DNA from: Lachnospiraceae bacterium
GTDB lineage: Bacteria > Bacillota > Clostridia > Lachnospirales > Lachnospiraceae
Length of the DNA: 32,000 nt
Assembly: GCA_016294075.1 (NCBI GenBank)
Contig: JAEDCQ010000002.1
Location: forward strand, 4,933 to 36,932
Reading direction: 5' to 3'
Part shown: one piece after another, positions 18,127-24,994 of the stretch
How positions within the stretch are numbered: position 1 is the stretch's first letter
Layout: every line of letters begins with the position of its first letter
Program-made: the position numbers and the translations under genes
The notes under the pieces: generated by a model
What the model was told of the DNA's origin: nothing
What the model saw: only the letters and a program-made list of their open reading frames with translations
Database searches by the model: none

Positions 18127-19236
18127 ATGGCAAGTTTATCATTAAAGAACATTTGTAAAAGATATCCTAACGGCTTTGAGGCAGTTAAGGATTTCAATCT
18201 TGAAATTGCAGATAAGGAATTCATCATTTTCGTAGGACCTTCAGGATGTGGTAAATCTACTACACTTCGTATGATTGCCGGTTTGGAGGATATTACTTCC
18301 GGTGAATTAAAGATTGGTGACAGAGTGGTTAACGATGTAGAACCTAAGGATAGAGATATCGCTATGGTATTCCAGAATTATGCGTTATATCCGCATATGA
18401 CGGTTTATGATAACATGGCATTCGGTCTTAAGTTAAGAAAAGTTCCGAAGGACGAAATTGATAAGATGGTTAAAGAAGCAGCTAAGATTCTTGACCTCTC
18501 CGCTTTACTTGACCGTAAGCCGAAGGCTTTATCAGGTGGACAGAGACAGCGTGTTGCTATGGGTCGTGCTATCGTTCGTAACCCTAAGGTATTCTTAATG
18601 GATGAGCCTTTATCCAATCTGGATGCAAAGCTTCGTGTACAGATGCGTATCGAAATTGCTAAATTACATCAGAGATTAGGTACTACCATTATTTACGTTA
18701 CACATGACCAGACAGAAGCTATGACACTTGGTACAAGAATCGTTGTTATGAAAGACGGTGTTATTCAGCAGGTAGATACTCCTCAGAATTTATATGAGAA
18801 GCCACAGAACTTATTCGTAGCAGGTTTCATGGGCTCCCCTCAGATGAACTTCTTAGATGCAACTGTCGAAGTTAAGGGTGAAGATGTAAGCTTAGCAGTA
18901 GCCGGACATTCTATTCCGCTTCCTCCTGCAAAAGCTAAGAAATTAATTGAAGGCAGTTATGCAGGAAAGACTGTAACATTTGGTATTCGTCCTGAGGATG
19001 TATATGATTCAGAAATGTTTATCGAAACAGCTAAATGTGTATTCGAATCTAAGATTAAGGTTTACGAATTGCTTGGCGCAGAAGTTTACTTATACTTTGA
19101 TTTGGAAGAGTTCCCTATCACAGCAAGAGTAGATTCCCGTACAACAGCGAGACCTGGCGATACAGTAAAATTTGCTTTTGATGTTGAAAAGATTCATATC
19201 TTCGATAAGGAAACAGAGCAGATTATTACAAACTAA
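18127..19236 (+). CDS. msmK: Stand-alone carbohydrate (CUT1) ABC transporter ATP-binding protein, MsmK/MalK/UgpC type
   Basis: Walker A GPSGCGKST, LSGGQRQR, LMDEPLSNLD, and a C-terminal regulatory/TOBE-like domain. RBS AGGAGGA. There are no adjacent permease or SBP genes. Confidence 0.85.
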   Translation: MASLSLKNICKRYPNGFEAVKDFNLEIADKEFIIFVGPSGCGKSTTLRMIAGLEDITSGELKIGDRVVNDVEPKDRDIAMVFQNYALYPHMTVYDNMAFGLKLRKVPKDEIDKMVKEAAKILDLSALLDRKPKALSGGQRQRVAMGRAIVRNPKVFLMDEPLSNLDAKLRVQMRIEIAKLHQRLGTTIIYVTHDQTEAMTLGTRIVVMKDGVIQQVDTPQNLYEKPQNLFVAGFMGSPQMNFLDATVEVKGEDVSLAVAGHSIPLPPAKAKKLIEGSYAGKTVTFGIRPEDVYDSEMFIETAKCVFESKIKVYELLGAEVYLYFDLEEFPITARVDSRTTARPGDTVKFAFDVEKIHIFDKETEQIITN

Positions 19237-19247
19237 ACAGTAAATAT

Positions 19248-19298
19248 AAAGGGCTGTCGCACTAGCTAAGTTTTTTAGCCGGGCGGTAGCCCTTTTTT
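19248..19298 (+). terminator. Rho-independent terminator of msmK
   Basis: GGGCTGTCGC (19251-19260) pairs with GCGGTAGCCC (19283-19292, two G-U pairs), followed by TTTTTT. Confidence 0.7.
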
Positions 19299-19422
19299 AG
19301 TAACTTATTTTCCGACCGCAACGGATAAATGATTACTTTTTAAAAATCTGTTTCTGTGATAGAATAATGCTGTTATATTTAAACAGATGAACTATAAAGA
19401 ATAAAGATGCGAAAGGGAGAAT

Positions 19423-20508
19423 ATGATTTCAAATCAAGTTATTCAGACAAATATAGAAGAATTAAAGGGGATTACAAAGGTTGATTTTCTGGTATATGAC
19501 ATAGATTGCAATTGTATTGCATCTACTATGCAGGATGCGCTTTTTGAAGACTCCATAATTGATACTTTTATTGAATCACATGCGGACAGCCAGATTGTTT
19601 CCGGCTGCCATTTCCTTAAAATTATTGATGAAGGCGAATTGGCATATGTATTAATAGCAAAAGGATTTGGCGAAGATGTATATATGGTAGGAAAGATTGC
19701 AGTCTGCCAGATTCAGAATCTGATTATAGCGTATAAAGAGAGATTTGACAGAAGTAGCTTCTTTCAGAACTTATTATTGGACAATCTTCTGTTGGTGGAC
19801 ATTCATAACCGGGCAACAAAATTACATATTGAAACGGAAAAGAAGCGGCTTGTTTATCTGATAGAGACACGCAATGATAAGGAAAATATTGCGGAAGAGC
19901 TTTTAAAGAGTATGTTTGTACCACAGTCCGGAGATTATATTGTCTCAATCGATGAGCACAGTATTGTTTTAATTAAAGAGCTGAGTAATGGTGCAGGAAA
20001 AGAAGAAATGGAAGGAATTGCCAACACAATTGTGGATATGTTTAATATGGAAGCGATGTTAAGTGTACGTGTGGCATACGGTATTCCGGTAAATGAGTTA
20101 AAGGATGTTTCCAAATCTTATAAAGAAGCAAAGATGGCATTGGAAGTTGGAAATATATTTTATAATTATAAGCGTATTATTTCATACGATATGCTGGGAA
20201 TCGGAAGATTGATTTATCAACTGCCTCAAAATTTATGCCGCATTTTCATTAAAGAAATTTACGGGGATACTTCGCCGGATGAAATTGATGAGGAAATCCT
20301 GACAACAATAAATAAATTCCTTGAGAATAATTTAAATGTATCTGAAACTTCACGGCAGCTATACATTCACCGGAATACTCTGGTTTACCGAATTGAAAAA
20401 CTGCAAAAAGCGATAGGCCTGGATATGAGGGTATTTGATGATGCGTTAACCTTTAAAATTGCACTTATGGTAATTGAATATTTACGCTATCTTGAAAAAA
20501 ATGAGTAA
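19423..20508 (+). CDS. PucR/CdaR-family transcriptional regulator
   Basis: C-terminal PucR-type HTH (NVSETSRQLYIHRNTLVYRIEKLQKAIGLD). RBS AAAGGGAGA. A possible extended -10 TGaTAGAAT lies at 19367-19375. Confidence 0.8.
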   Translation: MISNQVIQTNIEELKGITKVDFLVYDIDCNCIASTMQDALFEDSIIDTFIESHADSQIVSGCHFLKIIDEGELAYVLIAKGFGEDVYMVGKIAVCQIQNLIIAYKERFDRSSFFQNLLLDNLLLVDIHNRATKLHIETEKKRLVYLIETRNDKENIAEELLKSMFVPQSGDYIVSIDEHSIVLIKELSNGAGKEEMEGIANTIVDMFNMEAMLSVRVAYGIPVNELKDVSKSYKEAKMALEVGNIFYNYKRIISYDMLGIGRLIYQLPQNLCRIFIKEIYGDTSPDEIDEEILTTINKFLENNLNVSETSRQLYIHRNTLVYRIEKLQKAIGLDMRVFDDALTFKIALMVIEYLRYLEKNE

Positions 20509-20581
20509 AGTAATTGCATAAAATGCCGGGCAACAGAATATATTGTCCCATATATGTATTGGTGAATGATGGGAGATTGAT

Positions 20582-21391
20582 ATGGCATATAAACGGCAGA
20601 TTGCATATATGGATTTGGTTGAAAACGGAAAAAAGAAAAGAAATGCAGGATTCTGTAAATGGGAGCAGCGAATAGACGGACATGTGCTTTTTATCTCTAT
20701 TCATGGGCTGCCTGAGAATGTTTCTAAGGAAGTCGGCGTCTATTCTAAATCAGGAGACTGTTTCGGAAAGCTGAATATTAGAAAAGGAAGAGCCGAGCAA
20801 AAATATCTTCTGCAAAGCAGTGGACAAGATATGATATATGCTCCGGTACGGATACGGATTCCGATTGGACAAGAACAGGAGATCGTTGGAGAATTTCCTG
20901 TGGAGGAAGGCATAGACCTGGCAGAAAAAAAAGCAGGAGTTGAACAGAAGCCTGAACCGGAAATTGAAATACAGGCAAAGCCTGAGTCGGGAGTCGAATT
21001 AGAAATAGAACCGGAAATCATACAGGAGCCGGTAGTTAGAAAGCTTCCCCAAACACTTTCTGAATGGCTGGAGACCTCCTGCGAGAAATTTCGTCCTTTC
21101 GGGACGAAAACAGAATATTACCGCATTGCTCTGGAGGATATTTATCATTTAAAGGAAGAATATCATGTATTGCGGAATAATCAATTTTTGTTACATGGAT
21201 ATTATAACTATCATTACCTTATTCTTGGGAAAAAGGATGGGAAAGAGACGGGATACTGGCTTGGAGTTCCGGGAATTTATCACGAGAGAGAAAAAATGGC
21301 TGCAAGAATGTACGGCTTTGAAAAGTTTGAGGGCTCCATACCCAAATATGGAGTAGGAGATTTGGGCTATTATCTGATTTCGGCAGGATGA
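20582..21391 (+). CDS. Hypothetical protein with central acidic Pro/Glu-rich linker
   Basis: 269 aa, RBS GGGAG. N-terminal domain, then the linker KPEPEIEIQAKPESGVELEIEPEIIQEP, then a Tyr/His-rich C-terminal domain (LLHGYYNYHYLILGKK...YWLGVPGIYHEREK). I cannot confidently assign a family. Confidence 0.6.
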   Translation: MAYKRQIAYMDLVENGKKKRNAGFCKWEQRIDGHVLFISIHGLPENVSKEVGVYSKSGDCFGKLNIRKGRAEQKYLLQSSGQDMIYAPVRIRIPIGQEQEIVGEFPVEEGIDLAEKKAGVEQKPEPEIEIQAKPESGVELEIEPEIIQEPVVRKLPQTLSEWLETSCEKFRPFGTKTEYYRIALEDIYHLKEEYHVLRNNQFLLHGYYNYHYLILGKKDGKETGYWLGVPGIYHEREKMAARMYGFEKFEGSIPKYGVGDLGYYLISAG

Positions 21392-21423
21392 AGGCTAATA
21401 TTACAGGAAGCAATAGGTTTAAA

Positions 21424-21924
21424 ATGGATATACAGGAAAAATATATGCGACAGGCTATAAGCCTTGCAAAAAAAGCGGCATCCATCGGTGAAGTGCCGAT
21501 TGGCTGTGTAATTGAATATGAAGGGAAGGTTATCGGACGAGGTTACAACCGGCGCAAAACCGATAAAAGCACATTGTCGCATGCGGAAATAACAGCAATT
21601 AAGAAAGCATGTAAAAAAATAGGAGATTGGCGTTTAGAAGATTGTACCCTATATGTAACACTTGAGCCGTGTCAGATGTGTGCCGGAGCAATTGTGCAGG
21701 CACGTGTGAAAAAAGTTGTAATCGGCTGTATGAATCCTAAGGCCGGATGTGCAGGTTCTATTTTGAATATTCTGCAAATGCCACAGTTTAATCATCAGGT
21801 GGAGACTGTGTATGGCGTATTGGAAGAAGAATGCTCCGCAATGCTGACGGAATTTTTTAAATCCCTGCGTAAAAGGTTAAAAACTGCAAAAGAAGAAATG
21901 GCTTCGGAAAATCAGGAGTTATGA
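21424..21924 (+). CDS. tadA: tRNA adenosine(34) deaminase
   Basis: HAE (SHAEITAI) and PCQMCAGA zinc motifs. The N-terminus MDIQEKYMRQAI parallels B. subtilis TadA. An alternative upstream ATG at 21388 overlaps the preceding stop (ATGA). Confidence 0.9.
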   Translation: MDIQEKYMRQAISLAKKAASIGEVPIGCVIEYEGKVIGRGYNRRKTDKSTLSHAEITAIKKACKKIGDWRLEDCTLYVTLEPCQMCAGAIVQARVKKVVIGCMNPKAGCAGSILNILQMPQFNHQVETVYGVLEEECSAMLTEFFKSLRKRLKTAKEEMASENQEL

Positions 21925-21931
21925 TTACGGT

Positions 21932-21960
21932 TTGACAAGTAGTTTAAAAGTCAGTATACT
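21932..21960 (+). promoter_or_regulatory. Near-consensus sigma-A promoter of SRP RNA
   Basis: TTGACA (21932-21937), 17 nt spacer, TATACT (21955-21960). Confidence 0.7.
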
Positions 21961-21965
21961 AAGCA

Positions 21966-22188
21966 ATTGAGACAAGAAAACTGCAATCCTGTACGGATGG
22001 GAGCTTATATAGCTGCCCTTTGTAAGTGGCGTTGAAGTTTGGGTCTTACGCAATAGGAATCTACGAATCTGGTCAGGGCAGGAATGCAGCAGCCATAAGA
22101 AGAATCTCCTATGTGCCGTAAGGGTGCCTGGCGGAGTTAACTGCAAAGGTAACGTATATAAGTTCCCCTGCGTGCAGGATTTTTTAAC
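21966..22188 (+). ncRNA. ffs: Signal recognition particle RNA (scRNA/4.5S homologue); ends approximate
   Basis: Conserved S-domain TCTGGTCAGGGCAGGAATGCAGCAGCC (around 22068-22094) and the opposing strand GTGCCGTAAGGGTGCCTGGCGG. There is long collinear similarity to B. subtilis scRNA helix 5 as I recall it. It occupies the canonical tadA-ffs-dnaX position and ends in a short hairpin plus T-run at 22167-22186. Confidence 0.8.
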
Positions 22189-22241
22189 TTATGAGAAAGA
22201 TAAGGAAGACATAGAACCCGGTGTGGAGAATGAGAGGGAAT

Positions 22242-23132
22242 ATGGGCGAATGTAAAATGTGTCCCCGAAGATGCGGAGCCGACAGAGAAAACGGAAAAAG
22301 AGGATACTGCGGTGAAAGTGCCGGCATTCGTGTGGCAAGAACCTCTCTGCATATGTGGGAGGAGCCTTGCATTACAGGGGAGCATGGCTCCGGAACGGTC
22401 TTTTTTTCGGGGTGTGCTTTGAAATGTATTTTTTGTCAAAACCGGACAATTGCAGGCAGCACTGTAGGAAAAGAATTAACTTTGGAGGAACTGGCGGATG
22501 CATTTCTAAGACTGCAGGATAAAGGAGCGGCAAATATTAATCTGGTAACAGCCGGACATTTCGCGGACAGGCTGATTCCCGTCATCGGTCTTGCAAAGAA
22601 TAAGGGCTTGAAAATTCCGTTGGTATATAATTCATCGGGGTATGAAACGGTAGAAACCCTAAAAAAACTGGATGGGCTTGTTGATATTTATCTGCCGGAT
22701 TGCAAATTTTACAGTAAGGAAATTGCCGGTGCATATGCAAATGCACCCGATTACTTTGATATTACCAAGGATGCAATCAAAGAAATGGTGCGGCAGGCAG
22801 GATGGCCGCAGTTTGAGGAAAACACGGGAATCATGAAAAAAGGTGTTATTGTAAGGCATCTTGTTCTGCCGGGACATACTAAGGATTCTGAGTCCATTAT
22901 TCAATATCTGTTTGAAACATACGGAAATAAAATATATATCAGTATTATGAATCAATACACACCGATGGATACTTGGACAAAATTTCCGAACTTGAACCGA
23001 CGCATTACAAAAAGGGAATACGAAAGGGTAGTGGATTTTGCAATTTCCATAGGGGTACAGAATGCTTTTATTCAAGAGGGAGAGACGGCAGATGAGAGCT
23101 TCATCCCGAAATTTGATGAGGGTATTTTGTAA
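22242..23132 (+). CDS. Radical SAM protein, PflX/COG1313-like (PFL-activase-related, function unknown)
   Basis: CxxxCxxC (CALKCIFCQN) plus an N-terminal Cys motif CKMCPRRCGADRENGKRGYCG. The start is uncertain (ATG at 22230, 22242 or 22257). Confidence 0.75.
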   Translation: MGECKMCPRRCGADRENGKRGYCGESAGIRVARTSLHMWEEPCITGEHGSGTVFFSGCALKCIFCQNRTIAGSTVGKELTLEELADAFLRLQDKGAANINLVTAGHFADRLIPVIGLAKNKGLKIPLVYNSSGYETVETLKKLDGLVDIYLPDCKFYSKEIAGAYANAPDYFDITKDAIKEMVRQAGWPQFEENTGIMKKGVIVRHLVLPGHTKDSESIIQYLFETYGNKIYISIMNQYTPMDTWTKFPNLNRRITKREYERVVDFAISIGVQNAFIQEGETADESFIPKFDEGIL

Positions 23133-23154
23133 AAACGCAATATAAAACAATTTT

Positions 23155-23738
23155 ATGATAGAAAAAAGTATAATTGTGATAGACAGTAAAGAAGGGATTC
23201 ACTACAATAAAAGCGGAACGGGTTCGGAAGATATTGTAAAGGATGCCGCACACACTTCCGACCTTGCAATTATCATATTGGGAAGGACCGCAGGAGAAGA
23301 TAAGGATAACAGTGCCGCAGAAGGAAGCTATCTTTTGACCGAAAAAGAAGAAGCAATGTTAGAAGTTGTCTGCAGGTTTTTTCCCCGTGTTGCAGTTATT
23401 TTGACCTTACCGGATTAAAAACAGAAGCCGGAAGTGTTAATCAGGCGGCGTTGAGGCTGCCGCTTCGGGGTATATATACCGCTACAATTAAGATGAAATC
23501 GGATTTGAGCGAACTGTCACAAAGCTCCATGACCGTGATTGTTAATAATGTTCCGATGCAGACGATTACGATAAGTGGTACAGGCGGCAACTAGATTGAA
23601 AAAGAATTCCCGTTAGAATCCTTTATATCAATTGACAGTTATGTGGATTTTGCCTTTGCACAGAGTGGAATTGAAATTGGGGAAATTCATGTGAAGCGTG
23701 TCGGAGATGTTAAAAAATCACATTTATCGATAGAATAG
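23155..23738 (+). pseudogene. Relic of a glycoside hydrolase family 3 (beta-glucosidase-like) gene: N-terminally truncated, internally deleted/frameshifted, with an in-frame TAG
   Basis: Frame 1 (23155-23415) encodes DLAIIILGRTAGEDKDNSAAEGSYLLTEKEEAMLEVV...VAVILT, resembling the GH3 C-terminal domain. Around 23405-23420 the homology-like reading switches to another frame (...YTATIKMKSDLSELSQSSMTVIVNNVPMQTITISGTGGN). It is interrupted by TAG at 23592-23594 and continues IEKEFPL...FAQSGIEIGEIHVKR to TAG at 23736-23738. Confidence 0.6.
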
Positions 23739-23763
23739 TTTTAAAAAAGACAGGACTTTAAAA

Positions 23764-23797
23764 AGAGAAATTCTTCCGGGGAAGGATTTCTCTTTTC
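23764..23797 (+). terminator. Rho-independent terminator (probably inherited from the decayed GH3 gene)
   Basis: 13 bp stem: AGAGAAATTCTTC (23764-23776) pairs with GAAGGATTTCTCT (23781-23793). The loop is CGGG and a short T tail follows. Confidence 0.55.
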
Positions 23798-23808
23798 GAT
23801 TAAAATCG

Positions 23809-23837
23809 TTGTGAATATAGATAAAATAATATATAAT
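23809..23837 (+). promoter_or_regulatory. Sigma-A-like promoter of pfkA
   Basis: TTGTGA (23809-23814), 17 nt spacer, TATAAT (23832-23837). Confidence 0.55.
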
Positions 23838-23900
23838 TAATACAGCATAGTTGAAAAAAGGCCATTATAAACTTAGTAAAAGACTGGGAGGTACGCTTTT

Positions 23901-24974
23901 ATGAAACGAATCGGTATGTTAACAAGCGGTGGAGATTGTCAGGCTTTAAATGCAGCAATGAGAGGTGTGGTAAAATCTCTTTACAACAGTGGCGAAGAAG
24001 TTGAGATTTATGGTTTTTTAAATGGATACAAGGGACTGATTTACGGTAATTTTAAGATGTTAACAGCGAAAGATTTCTCCGGTATTCTGACAATTGGCGG
24101 AACGATTCTCGGAAGCAGCAGAACTCCTTTTAAAACCATTAAAGACCCGGATGAAAAAGGCTTGGACAAGGTAGAAGCCATGAAGCAGAATTACTATAAG
24201 CTTCGTTTGGACTGCCTTGTAATTTTAGGTGGAAACGGTACACATAAGACTGCAAATTTATTAAGAAAAGAAGGTCTGAATGTTATTACTCTGCCAAAGA
24301 CAATAGATAATGATTTATATGGAACAGATATGACATTCGGCTTCCAGAGTGCGGTTGATATTGCAACAAATGTAATCGATTGCATTCATACCACAGCAGC
24401 CTCTCACGGTAGAGTATTTGTGGTTGAGGTAATGGGACATAAGGTTGGATATCTTACATTAAATGCCGGTATGGCAGGTGGAGCCGATATTATTCTGATA
24501 CCGGAAATTCCGTATGATATAGACAAGATTGCGGAATCTGTTGAAAAGAGAATCCGTAACGGTAATAAATTTACGATTCTGGCTGTTGCGGAAGGTGCTA
24601 TCAGCAAAGAGGATGCAAAGCTATCCAAGAAAGAATATAAGGAAAAACTTCAAAATTCACCATATCCGTCCGTATCCTATGAGGTAGCGGCCCTTATTCA
24701 GGAAAAGACAGGCCAGGAGGTAAGAGTGACTGTACCGGGACATATGCAGCGTGGAGGAAGTCCGTGCCCATATGACCGTGTATTTGCAAGCCGTCTGGGA
24801 GCAGAAGCAGGACGTTTGATTTTGGAGGGTGAATATGGATTTATGGTCGGCTATCGTAATCGTGAGATTGTTAAGGTGCCGCTTGAGGAGGTTGCCGGAA
24901 AATTGAAAATGGTAGACCCGGATTCCACTATTATAAGAGAAGCAAAAATGTTAGGCATCAGCTTTGGCGATTAA
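23901..24974 (+). CDS. pfkA: 6-phosphofructokinase (PfkA family, long ~357 aa form)
   Basis: IGMLTSGGDCQALNAA, PKTIDNDL, VVEVMGH, MQRGGSP. RBS GGGAGG. Confidence 0.9.
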   Translation: MKRIGMLTSGGDCQALNAAMRGVVKSLYNSGEEVEIYGFLNGYKGLIYGNFKMLTAKDFSGILTIGGTILGSSRTPFKTIKDPDEKGLDKVEAMKQNYYKLRLDCLVILGGNGTHKTANLLRKEGLNVITLPKTIDNDLYGTDMTFGFQSAVDIATNVIDCIHTTAASHGRVFVVEVMGHKVGYLTLNAGMAGGADIILIPEIPYDIDKIAESVEKRIRNGNKFTILAVAEGAISKEDAKLSKKEYKEKLQNSPYPSVSYEVAALIQEKTGQEVRVTVPGHMQRGGSPCPYDRVFASRLGAEAGRLILEGEYGFMVGYRNREIVKVPLEEVAGKLKMVDPDSTIIREAKMLGISFGD

Positions 24975-24994
24975 AATGACAGAAGGGGATTATT

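Noticed and set aside
18127-19236. The orphan sugar-ABC ATPase with no cognate permease or binding protein, considered as an anomaly.
   Set aside because: Stand-alone MsmK-type ATPases that energise several CUT1 transporters are a well-established arrangement in Firmicutes. I recorded it as a feature only.
23155-23418. The 87 aa ORF immediately downstream of the radical SAM gene as a possible RiPP precursor or small partner protein.
   Set aside because: Its sequence reads as an internal fragment of a GH3 C-terminal domain and continues, frameshifted, into more glycosidase-like sequence. It has no leader/core organisation, no Cys/Ser/Thr-rich core and no good RBS.
23416-23594. Possibility that the in-frame TAG, and the stops in the relic generally, reflect stop-codon reassignment.
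   Set aside because: TAA, TAG and TGA all terminate well-conserved genes in this window at the expected positions (for example holB TAG, rpe TAG, ybaB TGA). The standard code applies, and the relic is also frameshifted and truncated.
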